From an uncultured bacterium (GTDB taxonomy: Bacteria; Patescibacteriota; Dojkabacteria; SC72): DNA of 64,000 nucleotides. The stretch lies in NCBI GenBank assembly GCA_903840015.1, contig CAIMEL010000004.1, forward strand, positions 97,452 to 161,451. The letters are read 5' to 3'. Positions 28,833 to 39,982 of the stretch are shown in pieces (positions within the stretch are counted from its first letter, which is position 1; each line of letters starts with the position of its first letter). The notes under the pieces were generated by a model that saw nothing but the letters and a program-made list of their open reading frames with translations, searched no databases and had not been told where the DNA came from. The translations under genes were made by a program, and so were the position numbers.

Positions 28833-31552
28833 TCAGGTAATATAACGCCCTCTTCAACCGTGATTACAACATCCTTGTTCGCTATTTTTCCCTTGTTATC
28901 CTTCGTATAAACAGTCACCGTATGATTACCTATAACCGTAGAATTAGGTACAAAATAATTAACTAAGAATGTCCCATCAGCATTCAATGTTGCACCTGGA
29001 ATTACAGAACCATCAAAACTAACTTTAAATTCTGATATACTTTCCAGATATCTAACTACACCAGACACCTCCATATTACCATTTCTCTTCACCTTATCAT
29101 TACCTTTTGGTTTTACAACATCTATAAGAGGCGCATTATCTGGTCCTAGAGGTAGAGTACATAACCCACTTTCAGGTTCTTTTAACAGGTATGTACTGTT
29201 TTTAATAGCAAGCAAATGTTTTTCATATGCTTCTCTTTGGAAAACATTTTCCAATTTTGTACTCAATATATATTTGTTCACCGTGAGCTTGTATGCCAAA
29301 GCCTGCTCCAAGTTAGCTGGAGCTAGGTTACTATCTTTACATACAACTATGGTCTTACGATTATCAATCTGTGGCGCTCTTCCAGCAATATATACAGAGG
29401 CCTCTTTCTTACAATCAACTCCATCTGCAGGAGTTGCCCCCGTATCGATACAAACCGTTGTTGTTAATATTCCAGCTGGCCTATTAAATGAAGTAGGGGA
29501 AAACCTATCTACAACTCTTTTCATGAAGGAATTTGCAACAGGCATAGAAACATTCTCACCCCATGCTCCTGCTCGAATTTTCTCATTATTATTATTCCCT
29601 CCCCATACACCTACAACTAAATTCTGATGATAGAGGAAAGCTGTGAGGTCTTTAGCGTCATCAGTCGTACCAGTCTTACCACAAAGCTTCTTTTTACCAA
29701 TATAGTAGTAGGCATTACCCAATCTGTCACCAAAACCATTGAGATCACAAATCATCCAATTCACTAAATATACTTCTTTTTCATCAAAAACCCTCTTACC
29801 TTTTGTATCTTCTCTCTCCATTAGTACCTCTCCCTTAGAAGTTTCAACTTTAAGAATTGGGCTAGGATCATTACGCAAACCACCATTAGCAAGCACTCCA
29901 TACGCTGCAGTATGTTCTAGCAATTTAACCTCACCGGAACCTAATCCAAGACTCAAACCGTAACTTTCTTTAGAAGCTAAGTCCTTAACTCCAAGTTTCT
30001 CCATCGTTTGAAGATAGTTATCAATTCCTGCCAATTGCAATGTATATACTGCTGGAACATTTCTAGATAGAACTAGAGCTTTTCTAGCAGTTAGAAAACC
30101 TTCATATTTCTTATTCCAGTTAGTAGGTTTGTAATTACCAAATTTAATCTCAGCAATATCCGGTGTAGCCAACCAAGGGCCATAACCTTGATTTATCGCA
30201 GTTAAATATACAAATGGCTTCACAGCAGAACCCATCTGCCTCTGACTTACAGTAATATTCACATTCCCATCAACCCTAGGGTCCTCAACATTCCAGTAAT
30301 CAACAGATCCAACCATTGCAAGAACATCTCCATTCTTAGGATTTAAAACAACCATTGCACCGTTATTTACATTGAACCTTTTCGCATTATCGACTCCCTT
30401 CGCCACCTCTTCCTCAGCTATCTTCTGTAAAGAAGAGTCCAATGTTGTAGTTACTTTTAACCCACCTCTCTCAACACGATCTATACCGTATTCTTTCTCA
30501 AGAATCTGTTTTACATAGAAAACAAAATGCGGTGCTTTAATATCTATTCTCCTCGTCCTGTAAACAAGTACTTCATCCCTAGCTGCATCAATCTCCTCCT
30601 CTGTCACACCTGTAAGTTTTGAGTTTTTTAACATCTGATTAAGGACATATTCCTGTCTCACTTTTGCCAGATCAGGATTAGTCCCATACAAAGGAGAATA
30701 AACACCAGGACTCTGTATTAACCCGGCAATTAATGCACTTTCTGCAAGAGTTAGTTCACTAACATCTTTGCCAAAATATGAGTTTGCAGCAGCTTGGAAA
30801 CCATAATTTACACCACCAAGAGGAATCTCATTCATATACATCTGCAATATTTCATCCTTAGAAAAAGATTGTTCCATCTGCATAGTAATCAACACTTCCT
30901 TTATTTTCCTGGAATATGTTTGCTCATATGCCTCATCGCCAAGGACATCGTACAGGATAGTATTCTTGACTAATTGCTGAGAGATAGTACTTGCACCTCT
31001 AACTACTGCTCCTTTCGTAATATTCTGAATAACAGCTTTTACAATTCCCAAATAATCCACCCCCTTGTGTTGATAGAATTCAATATCCTCTGCAGCTAAG
31101 AGTGCCCACTTGGTATGTTCTGGGATTTTATCTATGGAAACAAATTCTCTATTCTTATCACCATATACGGTATACAGAATCTCCCCATCCTTATCTAAAA
31201 TCTGCGTACTTTGATCCGATGCTCTATCAACAAGTTCATTCGGTGAAGGTAGTGAGTTCTGAAGATTTTTAAGATATATTCCAACACCTATTAAAACAAC
31301 ACAACCAAGGAAAAACATCAAACCTATGAAAACATATAGTGCTTTCTTAGCCTTTTGTTTAAATATTCCCATCTTGGAATTATCTTTAGTAGCAGGACCT
31401 TTTCTTTCTGTCTTACGATTACTCACACCGTGATTACTGTATCTCTTAAAGTTTTTAAAACGAGAAAGATCAGTAGGAGTATATCCTCTAGAAAAAGCCG
31501 CCCTTTTTGGATTCTTCCTCCCTGAATTTGACATTCCAATACTATACTTCAT
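28829..31552 (-). CDS. class A bifunctional penicillin-binding protein (PBP1A family) with C-terminal Ig-like domain
   Basis: AAEDIEF, GASTISQQLVKN; SxxK (SAVK), SRN and KTGT motifs. Confidence 0.92.
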   Translation of the reverse strand: MKYSIGMSNSGRKNPKRAAFSRGYTPTDLSRFKNFKRYSNHGVSNRKTERKGPATKDNSKMGIFKQKAKKALYVFIGLMFFLGCVVLIGVGIYLKNLQNSLPSPNELVDRASDQSTQILDKDGEILYTVYGDKNREFVSIDKIPEHTKWALLAAEDIEFYQHKGVDYLGIVKAVIQNITKGAVVRGASTISQQLVKNTILYDVLGDEAYEQTYSRKIKEVLITMQMEQSFSKDEILQMYMNEIPLGGVNYGFQAAANSYFGKDVSELTLAESALIAGLIQSPGVYSPLYGTNPDLAKVRQEYVLNQMLKNSKLTGVTEEEIDAARDEVLVYRTRRIDIKAPHFVFYVKQILEKEYGIDRVERGGLKVTTTLDSSLQKIAEEEVAKGVDNAKRFNVNNGAMVVLNPKNGDVLAMVGSVDYWNVEDPRVDGNVNITVSQRQMGSAVKPFVYLTAINQGYGPWLATPDIAEIKFGNYKPTNWNKKYEGFLTARKALVLSRNVPAVYTLQLAGIDNYLQTMEKLGVKDLASKESYGLSLGLGSGEVKLLEHTAAYGVLANGGLRNDPSPILKVETSKGEVLMEREDTKGKRVFDEKEVYLVNWMICDLNGFGDRLGNAYYYIGKKKLCGKTGTTDDAKDLTAFLYHQNLVVGVWGGNNNNEKIRAGAWGENVSMPVANSFMKRVVDRFSPTSFNRPAGILTTTVCIDTGATPADGVDCKKEASVYIAGRAPQIDNRKTIVVCKDSNLAPANLEQALAYKLTVNKYILSTKLENVFQREAYEKHLLAIKNSTYLLKEPESGLCTLPLGPDNAPLIDVVKPKGNDKVKRNGNMEVSGVVRYLESISEFKVSFDGSVIPGATLNADGTFLVNYFVPNSTVIGNHTVTVYTKDNKGKIANKDVVITVEEGVILPD

Positions 31553-31648
31553 TTCTATATATCCGTATTATATGATATCTTAATATATATTATACAACTC
31601 TTTAATTCAACCCAAAGGTATATACAAGCTCATGATATAATAGGAGTT

Positions 31649-32941
31649 ATGAAAAATATTAAACCAAACACATTAAAAGGCTTTCGTGATTACTTCGCAG
31701 AGGAGATTGTCATTAGGGAGTACGTTGTAGAAACATTCAAGAGACTTGCAAAGAGATATGGGTTTGAAGGCTTAGAAACACCAGCCTTAGAGTACTCGGA
31801 GCTAATTCTCGGACAAAGTGGTGCAGAGGCTGAGAAATTGTATTACAGATTTGAAGATCAAGGTGGCAGAGATGTCATGTTGAAATATGAACTAATGATC
31901 TCGATGTGTAGAGCAGTAGCACAAAATATCAACAATATTATATTTCCTTACAAACGATATCAAATACAACCAGTATGGAGAGCTGAGAATGTACAGAAGG
32001 GCCGTTTAAGAGAATTTACACAGATGGATATCGATATCTTGGGAGTCGAATCTATGTATGCAGATGCAGAGATAATAGCATTTGGATCTGAATTCTTGAA
32101 AGAATTAGGTTTTAAGAAGTTTGTTGTAAGAATAAATAACCGAAAGATACTTGAAGGTATACTAGATGCACTGGACATCGATATTACGAAGTTTGAAGAT
32201 TTTTACATAACAATAGATAAATTACAGAAAATAGGGAAAGAGGCTGTCTCTGAGATACTGGAGGAAAAGGGTTTTAAGAAAGAGGATATTACAAACATAT
32301 TCCTTCTTCTTGATTCAAATGACTTAAATGAAATAGAGGCAAGAATAGGAAAAAGTCCAGTAGGGGAATCAGGAATTTCCGAAATCAAAGAGATTTTCTC
32401 AATACTCAATGGCTTAGGAATAGATCCTGCGAATTACAAATTAGATCTAACCTTAGCACGAGGCCTTGCCTCATATACAGGTCCCATATGGGAGTTTGAA
32501 ATAATTGATGGGGATGTAGGTTCCGTCAGCGGTGGGGGTAGATATGACAATGCAGTTAGTAAATATGTAGGAAGGAAAGTTCCTGCTACTGGGACATCTT
32601 TTGGACTAGAGAGAGTTACTCAGGTTCTACAAGACTTAAAAATCACAAACTTCAATGGAACACCGACAAATATTCTACTTTTAGCAATGAATACAGAATA
32701 TATTGAGCGTATTCAGGAACTTGCCAAATCGTTAAGAGAAAAAGGTAAAAATTGCATGATATATCCACCTACAAACAAATTAAATCTATGTTTAGGCTAT
32801 GCAAACAGAAAAAATATTCCTTGGGTCATAGTAGTGGGAGAGGAAGAATACAACAAAAAGTCTGTTCTTGTAAAGGATATGGCGAAATCAGAGCAATATA
32901 TAGTCGCTCCAGAAGAAGCACTTAAAAAAATATTAGAGTAA
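31649..32941 (+). CDS. hisS: histidine--tRNA ligase
   Basis: KGFRD, WRAENVQKGRLREFTQ, LARGL, GGGRYD, FGLER. Confidence 0.96.
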   Translation: MKNIKPNTLKGFRDYFAEEIVIREYVVETFKRLAKRYGFEGLETPALEYSELILGQSGAEAEKLYYRFEDQGGRDVMLKYELMISMCRAVAQNINNIIFPYKRYQIQPVWRAENVQKGRLREFTQMDIDILGVESMYADAEIIAFGSEFLKELGFKKFVVRINNRKILEGILDALDIDITKFEDFYITIDKLQKIGKEAVSEILEEKGFKKEDITNIFLLLDSNDLNEIEARIGKSPVGESGISEIKEIFSILNGLGIDPANYKLDLTLARGLASYTGPIWEFEIIDGDVGSVSGGGRYDNAVSKYVGRKVPATGTSFGLERVTQVLQDLKITNFNGTPTNILLLAMNTEYIERIQELAKSLREKGKNCMIYPPTNKLNLCLGYANRKNIPWVIVVGEEEYNKKSVLVKDMAKSEQYIVAPEEALKKILE

Positions 32942-32976
32942 AGATTCTAGGCTAGATCATTTCTCAACGCTACTTG

Positions 32977-33582
32977 ATGAAAGCAAGGCAAGATGCAATA
33001 TTATTCCTTTCTCGCAACACTGCACTAAAAGAGCTCCTCCGGAAGAAGATTAACCACTTTAAAGATTCTGTACTTTTAAACAAAATATCTCTTGTAAATA
33101 TAGCAGAATACAACATTCGAGTAATTATTCTTGATGAACAAACAGATTATAGCCATATAAAAGAGATAGATTGTAAAAACATAATAGTTGTAATTAATAA
33201 TAAATCTCAAGAAACATACAATCGTATTTTTGAGAACGATATTTACCATATCTTAGAAGTTCCAATTAATGAGAATCTTTTATGCTCAATCCTGCTTAAA
33301 AGTTTTGAATTGCTCCAAGACAGATCTTCTAGAAAGATTAAGTATCATGGTTTAACACTTGATCTTGAATCAAACTTCGCTATATACAAAGATTGTAAAG
33401 TCAATTTAACACCAAAGGAAGCAGATGTTCTGCATCATCTAATTACAAAAGAAAAACAATTATCTCTCTCTGCCAGGTATTTACAAGTTGTAACATCCAG
33501 AATTAATCGTAAGTTTAAAACATGTACAGATACAAAGATAATTAGGAGTAGGTATGGGTATGGATACTATTTAGCAATTTAG
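32977..33582 (+). CDS. degenerate response regulator-like protein with OmpR-type winged helix
   Basis: LTPKEADVLHHL and IRSRYGYGY; receiver-like N-terminus poorly conserved. Confidence 0.65.
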   Translation: MKARQDAILFLSRNTALKELLRKKINHFKDSVLLNKISLVNIAEYNIRVIILDEQTDYSHIKEIDCKNIIVVINNKSQETYNRIFENDIYHILEVPINENLLCSILLKSFELLQDRSSRKIKYHGLTLDLESNFAIYKDCKVNLTPKEADVLHHLITKEKQLSLSARYLQVVTSRINRKFKTCTDTKIIRSRYGYGYYLAI

Positions 33583-36185
33583 ATCTTTTTCTTCCACTGA
33601 ACTATTTTGTTCAGAGCTTCAATCGGAGTGAGATTATCTACATCTATTTTCTGTATATCCATTTCTATCTCTGACTGCTTCGCAGTGAAGAGGGGATATT
33701 GATATACATTTGAGAAAGGTTTGTCATCTTTAGATGCTTTAGAGTATATATTGGTCTCTCGAATCTGATTCTTGCCTGTAAACATACTTTTTTGTTCAAA
33801 ACTCTCCAGTATCTCATTTGCTCTCTTTATTACCTTAGATGGCAATCCAGCCATTTTTGCAACATATATTCCATAACTTCTATCAGTCCCTCCTTCGACA
33901 ATTTTTCTTAGGAATATGACCTCTCCCTTCTCTAATTCTTCCTCAACGAGAACATTGTAATTTTTTACCGAGTTAGGATATTTTTCTGATAACTTCAGAA
34001 GTTCGTGATAATGGGTAGCAAAAAGAGTTCTCGCTTTTATATCCACTAGAAGATACTCTGCAAGAGCCCAAGCGATACTAACTCCATCATATGTACTAGT
34101 TCCTCTTCCAATTTCATCAAGAATTATCAGACTGTATTTCGAGGCGTTATTAATAATATTTGAAGCCTCCTCCATTTCAACCATAAAGGTACTACGTCCA
34201 TGAGAGAGATCATCTGCGGCACCAACTCTGGTGAATATTCTATCAACTAAGGATATTCGTGCTGAAGACGCTGGAACAAACGAACCGATCTGAGCCATCA
34301 AAACAATTGTTGCTACCTGCCTTATGTATGTTGATTTACCAGACATATTGGGCCCTGTAAGAACACCCATATAACAATCTTTTCTATTTAGGTATGTATC
34401 GTTCGAAATGAATTCTTCATCTTGAATACTTTCGACAATTGGATGCCTACCTTTCTTTACTTCTATTACACCATCTCCATCACCCATCTCTAAAATATCT
34501 GGTTTTACATAGTTTTTTGTAATCGCAGTAAATGCAAAAGAGGCGAAGACATCAATTGTGCTAATAATGAAGGAGAGGTTCTGTATTTCCTGCAAATGTG
34601 TGAGAAGAGAATCACGAAATTCTAGAAACAATTTCAACTCTAAGTTACAAAGATTATCATGCGAATTCAATATAATACTTTCGCGTTCTTTTAATTCCTC
34701 TGTTATATATCTTTCACTGCTAACAAGCGTCTGTTTACGAATATACCTAGCTGGGACCTTTGCTTGATGTGTTTTAGTTACTTCTATGTAATATCCAAAT
34801 ACTTTATTGAAATTTACCTTAAGTGAAGTAATACCAGTTTTAATTCTTTCCTCCTCTTCGAAATTTTTTATCCAACTCTTGTTATCACCACTTAAGCTTC
34901 TCAATTCATCAACCTCTTTACTGAAACCAGTCTTAATGATATTTCCTTCTGAAATAGTAAGTGGTGGTTCATCTGCGATGGTATGGGATATTCTATCTAT
35001 CACATCTTGGAGAACAGAAAGATTTATTTCTTCATACCTAATTTCCAGATTTTTTCTTAGTAAATCGACTATCTCTAAGGACGCTATTAAAGAATACTCT
35101 AATGCTTTCAAATCTCTCGCATTTACCCTGTTCAACCCAATCTTTCCAACTATCCTTTGTATATCATTTATCCCTTCTAACTTTTCTCGAATGGATGTTA
35201 ATGATTCTCTGTTTTCCGTAAATGAAGAAACAAACTTCAATCTCTCATCTATGGATTTTTTCTCTATGAGGGGATTTAGCATCCAGGAGTAGAGAAGACG
35301 AGTTCCCATACGAGTCTCTGTTTCATTTAAGACTGAGAAGAGAGAGTTTGAGATGTCTCCAGTATATGAGTTGGAAACAAGCTCTAAGTTTCGTATAGTC
35401 GCTCGATCCAGTAGCATTGTGTTTCCAAGTCTTACTTTTCTTGGTTTCTGTATATGCAACGGATTCATCAACTGAGTATCCTCTATATGCTTGATCATCA
35501 TAGCTACAGGTATTAGTTCTTCTGAATCTGATGGAATGTCTATAGATTCTGTAGATTTGATATCAAAAAACGTCTTTATGATTTCTGCAGAATATGGAAG
35601 ATTCCTTGTAGCCTTCTCTATGAACTGTACTGGTAGAGAGGAGAGCGTTTCAAAAGATTCGCCCTCTAGTAACAATATTTCTACGGGAGAGAAAGAAGTT
35701 AGTACTTTGTCTACAATATTTTTAGAATCATCTGCAGTTACTACTAAGAATTTACCTGTAGAGATATCAGCAACAGATACATAGATATTTTTCTTACTAA
35801 AAAAGAATGCAACAATATTGCTGTCTTTTATGGAACTAGCCTGTTCACCATCTACCGTTCCTGGAGTAACAATTCTAGTTACTCCACGCTTGACTATACC
35901 CTTGGCGAATTTCGGATCTTCCAATTGATCAACTATTACAACAGAACATCCTGCTTCTATTAATTTGGGAAGATATTGATCTAATGCCTTGTGTGGAAAT
36001 CCCGCGAGTGGGATAGCATTGGTGCTTTTATCTCTCTTGGTCAGTGTGATATTTAATATCTTAGAAGTAAGCTTGGCATCTTCTCCAAAGGTTTCGAAAA
36101 AATCACCCATACGAAAAAGGAGTATTTTGTCAGGATACTGTTTCTTAAAACTTGTATACTGTTTCATCATTGGAGTGCTATCCAT
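33579..36185 (-). CDS. mutS: DNA mismatch repair protein MutS
   Basis: TPMMKQY, FRMGDFFETF, TGPNMSGKST, STFMVEM, DEIGRGT, FATHY. Confidence 0.98.
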   Translation of the reverse strand: MDSTPMMKQYTSFKKQYPDKILLFRMGDFFETFGEDAKLTSKILNITLTKRDKSTNAIPLAGFPHKALDQYLPKLIEAGCSVVIVDQLEDPKFAKGIVKRGVTRIVTPGTVDGEQASSIKDSNIVAFFFSKKNIYVSVADISTGKFLVVTADDSKNIVDKVLTSFSPVEILLLEGESFETLSSLPVQFIEKATRNLPYSAEIIKTFFDIKSTESIDIPSDSEELIPVAMMIKHIEDTQLMNPLHIQKPRKVRLGNTMLLDRATIRNLELVSNSYTGDISNSLFSVLNETETRMGTRLLYSWMLNPLIEKKSIDERLKFVSSFTENRESLTSIREKLEGINDIQRIVGKIGLNRVNARDLKALEYSLIASLEIVDLLRKNLEIRYEEINLSVLQDVIDRISHTIADEPPLTISEGNIIKTGFSKEVDELRSLSGDNKSWIKNFEEEERIKTGITSLKVNFNKVFGYYIEVTKTHQAKVPARYIRKQTLVSSERYITEELKERESIILNSHDNLCNLELKLFLEFRDSLLTHLQEIQNLSFIISTIDVFASFAFTAITKNYVKPDILEMGDGDGVIEVKKGRHPIVESIQDEEFISNDTYLNRKDCYMGVLTGPNMSGKSTYIRQVATIVLMAQIGSFVPASSARISLVDRIFTRVGAADDLSHGRSTFMVEMEEASNIINNASKYSLIILDEIGRGTSTYDGVSIAWALAEYLLVDIKARTLFATHYHELLKLSEKYPNSVKNYNVLVEEELEKGEVIFLRKIVEGGTDRSYGIYVAKMAGLPSKVIKRANEILESFEQKSMFTGKNQIRETNIYSKASKDDKPFSNVYQYPLFTAKQSEIEMDIQKIDVDNLTPIEALNKIVQWKKKI

Positions 36186-36228
36186 AGTGAGAAAAGTATA
36201 TCACGAAACAGTAAAATATAACTACAGG

Positions 36229-38766
36229 TTACTTTCCAAGTATAAGCTTACTCTCCTCTTCAGAGACAACTTTTCTTGCATCAATAATATCTTCTGCAGT
36301 CACAGATACACCATATATACCAACTTGAACACAGTAACGTAGTAGAGGTTTACAATTTTCAACTACAACAATTACTCTCTCTGCTTTTGGTTTTACAACT
36401 TCCAAAACATTATCTAAAACTTTAAACACACTGTGTCTGGTCATATCATATTTTGCATCAGTATCATCCATCTTGAAACCTTGCATCTGTCTAACAATCC
36501 TAGGCATATTAATAATTAGACCATCTATCTTAGTATTTATTATTTCATCTGCAAGGATAATCTCTGCAGGATTGTCCAGGATGGCATAGATTTTAAAGGT
36601 TGATGTTCTCCTTAATTTCTCCCCTAAAAGCTGTTTCTTGAACTCCTTCATCATCTCATCATTCATAGGAGAGTGTATTGAGATTGAAACATTTCTCTTG
36701 TTGTATACATTTCGAATACGCTTTACTATCTTAATAACTCTCTTCAAGAGATCCAGATTATTCAGATAGTGGGTTGCTCCATAGACTTCGTCCGGTAGAC
36801 TCTGATTTTCATATATTTTACCCTTTTCTAAATCTCTAAATTCTTTAACTTTGGCGGAACCTATGGATATAATGACTTCGTCACCATGAACGAGGTTAAC
36901 ATACTCCAATATTTTTTCTGATATCTTTTTGGAATAATCTACATACTTCTTATCCTCGACATAGGCCATTAGATGTCTCTTCTCTTCTATGAGTATCTTA
37001 TCCAGGTCTATATAAACCAAACCATGAGAATTACCGATATAGTCAAAAAGCTTCTCACTCTCTAGATTAGCCAAAGAAAACACCTTTGTGGCCACTGGGG
37101 GTAGAGTCATATCTCTTGGCGGAATTTTTTCTCCTTCCTTAGGTATAACTTCAGCGTCTAGCAAATCAACCCCAGAAATATCTCCTTGGCTATACGCCTC
37201 TACAACAGGATGGAGTGGAGTAGGCTCAGGCACAGCGACATCTTTGTAGATTGTCCCTGCATTTCCATCTATTTTAACCCAATTACCATTCTTTAATAGC
37301 TCAGATGCATTTCCAGTTCCAACAATTGCAGGAATCCCAACCTCACGACAAAGAATAGAAGTATCACTTGTTAAACCACCTGTGTCCATAATGACACCTC
37401 CACAAGAGAGAATCATTGATTCCATTTCAGATGAATACTTCTTTATTAACAAGATATCACTCTTACTAAACTGCTTGTCTACAGGTGAATCTACTACAGT
37501 TATCTTACCTATTGCGACACCAAAACTCGCACCAATACCAGAGATTATGAAATCATCCTGTTTGACACTTGGGCTTAGTTTTGTATCAGATTCCCGTTTC
37601 GCAGAGTATATTAACTTCTCTAATCGTTTCGTTATCTCATTGCTATTCTTGTTAACCAAACGCTTAGCATCAGACATCGCCTGATTAACAAGTATATTCT
37701 CTCCTCTGTACTTTTCTAGAATTCCAAGTAATAACTCCCTTACATTTTTTCTTGAAACAACATTCTCAAAAGTTACAACATTTGGAGAAAGTAATGTCTC
37801 GTACATTGATTTATTCTGTAAAACCCAAAAACGCCCACCACAAAGTACCCATTCTACATTTTGAACCATACGAGATTTATCTTCAATTATCAAAGCTATC
37901 TTGGAAATCTCCTGCATATCCTTATCATCTAATTTTTGTCTATGACTCCATGCCGCGGATATCTTTATCTTCTCAATATTTTCACCATCTTTTTTACCCT
38001 GCTTCATAGTTCTCACCTTCATCCATTCCTGAGGAGCGATATGTTTTTCTACCAGTGTAAGATTCTTCTTGTTTAAGAGATACGTATCAGGTGTTATCTC
38101 TCCCAAAGAAATAACATCTCCCAAACCGAATACAGCTTCTATACTCAATTTACTGTTATCCTGAGTAATAGGGTCTACTGTAAAAGCAACACCGGAAACC
38201 TCTGCTTGTACCATTCTCTGAACAACAACTGCAACCTTAACATCCAATAGATCTATTCCCATCTTAGAAGCATACATAACAACATCATCAGTAAAGAGAG
38301 AAGCATAGACCCTTTTAATTGAATCTTTTAATTCTTTAAACCCTCTGACATTCAGTTCCGTCGTTAAAATACCCGTAAAGGAAACTTTCTCATTTTCTGG
38401 AAAAACTACAGATGATCTTACTGATACCCAAGCATCAGTAAAACCAGACAGACGTGTATACCCACTCAGTATTTCTTCTTCAGCTTCTTTTGAAAACTCA
38501 GACTTAAGGAAGGCGGCTTCTACATCACTTCCCTCTGGATTTCGATTGTTTGATAAAAGTTTCTTCTCATTTTCCTCAAGGCAGGGAAAAACAAATTCTG
38601 GGAAAAGCTTACTTGAAACAACAAAAAATTCTGGAACAGGAACATCCATATCCTTAAGTTTGAAAAGACTAACACCTTTCCTGCCTACAAGATTCTCAGA
38701 GAGTTGGGTAGAGGAGTAATCCTCATAGAAGAAGACATTCTTTTTCTTTGCACTAACATTATCCAT
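36229..38766 (-). CDS. PEP synthase (PpsA)-like protein, degenerate; phospho-His replaced by Asp
   Basis: VGRKG, VRSS, VVVQRMV, SGVAFT, FGLG; mobile domain GGLTSDTSILCREVGIPAIVG; divergent C-terminal domain. Confidence 0.8.
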   Translation of the reverse strand: MDNVSAKKKNVFFYEDYSSTQLSENLVGRKGVSLFKLKDMDVPVPEFFVVSSKLFPEFVFPCLEENEKKLLSNNRNPEGSDVEAAFLKSEFSKEAEEEILSGYTRLSGFTDAWVSVRSSVVFPENEKVSFTGILTTELNVRGFKELKDSIKRVYASLFTDDVVMYASKMGIDLLDVKVAVVVQRMVQAEVSGVAFTVDPITQDNSKLSIEAVFGLGDVISLGEITPDTYLLNKKNLTLVEKHIAPQEWMKVRTMKQGKKDGENIEKIKISAAWSHRQKLDDKDMQEISKIALIIEDKSRMVQNVEWVLCGGRFWVLQNKSMYETLLSPNVVTFENVVSRKNVRELLLGILEKYRGENILVNQAMSDAKRLVNKNSNEITKRLEKLIYSAKRESDTKLSPSVKQDDFIISGIGASFGVAIGKITVVDSPVDKQFSKSDILLIKKYSSEMESMILSCGGVIMDTGGLTSDTSILCREVGIPAIVGTGNASELLKNGNWVKIDGNAGTIYKDVAVPEPTPLHPVVEAYSQGDISGVDLLDAEVIPKEGEKIPPRDMTLPPVATKVFSLANLESEKLFDYIGNSHGLVYIDLDKILIEEKRHLMAYVEDKKYVDYSKKISEKILEYVNLVHGDEVIISIGSAKVKEFRDLEKGKIYENQSLPDEVYGATHYLNNLDLLKRVIKIVKRIRNVYNKRNVSISIHSPMNDEMMKEFKKQLLGEKLRRTSTFKIYAILDNPAEIILADEIINTKIDGLIINMPRIVRQMQGFKMDDTDAKYDMTRHSVFKVLDNVLEVVKPKAERVIVVVENCKPLLRYCVQVGIYGVSVTAEDIIDARKVVSEEESKLILGK

Positions 38767-38803
38767 TTTGTGCAGGGCAGTACAAAATTTATCTCTTTAA
38801 TAT

Positions 38804-39952
38804 CTAAACAATACCTTTAGCTTTCAATTTTTGCAAGTCGATATAGAATTCGTAGAGAATCTGAAGAATAACCATCGAAGGAACGGCTAGAAGACCTCCA
38901 ACTGGACCAAAGAAAATCAAAAATATTATAACTCCCAACATAACTAAGATAGGTTTTAAACCAACTGCATTAGACATAACCTTCGGGACTATCAAAGTAT
39001 TCTCTAATTGTTGATAGAGAGTGAAGATTGAGAGAAATATTATGGAGCTCCAAATACCCGTCGTTATTAATGCCACCAAAGCAACAACCAATGCACCAAA
39101 TGTTGCTCCGAACTGAGGAATTAAACAAGCTAAGCCAACAAAGAGTGCCAATGGAATAGCGAATGGAACATTTAGAATCGAAAGAAGAATTCCGGCAAAA
39201 AGTGTTACTAGGAAACTTACAGTAGCTTGACCAAGAACCCAACTACCAAGTTTCTTCTCTACATCTATTACTAATTTTTTTACTCTTTCTCTCTTAGGAT
39301 CCGAAACAATTCTAATCAATAATATATCGAAGAAAGAATCGTGCTCTAGAACAAGGTAAACGGAGAAAATGATTGAAGTCAAAAGTAGTGCGAAAACGCT
39401 AAAGAAGCCAGAGAAAAATCCTGCAATATTCTTTACATTATCCATTGTAGGAAGAGCTTTCAAAGTATCATAGATATATGGAGATACAATATCAAAATTG
39501 AATTGATGGTTACCGAGTTTGAAGTTCTGCAAAAATTGGACAAGATTCTCAAGCCAGGTAGGTAACACTTTTAACAATTCAGAGAACTGTGTTACAAAAG
39601 GCACAAACACTAACGATATCAAGCCTAATATGATCAAAGTTAGTAAAAAGTATGCCGTAAAAACTGCAAATCCCTTACTAAACTTCTTCCCTTCCAACCA
39701 AAGTACAACAGGACGCATAGAGGACATAAAGACAAAGCCTAAGAAGAGAAACAATGCTATTGAAAGAATTTCTTTCCCAAGGAATGCAACAGCAAGAAGA
39801 AAAATAACAAACAAAATCGTCTTCATAGAGAAGTCTATCGTTATTGTAGAATTATTTTTCCCAACAGAAGAGAGAATTTCTCGAACCTCACGGCTCCTGC
39901 TAACATTCTCTTCCGTTACTTTTCCACTTTTTACAGAAAATATTTTTGCCAT
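38804..39952 (-). CDS. AI-2E family transporter
   Basis: Multi-TM; LIPQFG, QQLEN..IVPKVM, GL.P, GGLLAVP. Confidence 0.88.
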   Translation of the reverse strand: MAKIFSVKSGKVTEENVSRSREVREILSSVGKNNSTITIDFSMKTILFVIFLLAVAFLGKEILSIALFLFLGFVFMSSMRPVVLWLEGKKFSKGFAVFTAYFLLTLIILGLISLVFVPFVTQFSELLKVLPTWLENLVQFLQNFKLGNHQFNFDIVSPYIYDTLKALPTMDNVKNIAGFFSGFFSVFALLLTSIIFSVYLVLEHDSFFDILLIRIVSDPKRERVKKLVIDVEKKLGSWVLGQATVSFLVTLFAGILLSILNVPFAIPLALFVGLACLIPQFGATFGALVVALVALITTGIWSSIIFLSIFTLYQQLENTLIVPKVMSNAVGLKPILVMLGVIIFLIFFGPVGGLLAVPSMVILQILYEFYIDLQKLKAKGIV

Positions 39953-39982
39953 ACCTTGATTATATCAGTTTAACCATTCAAA

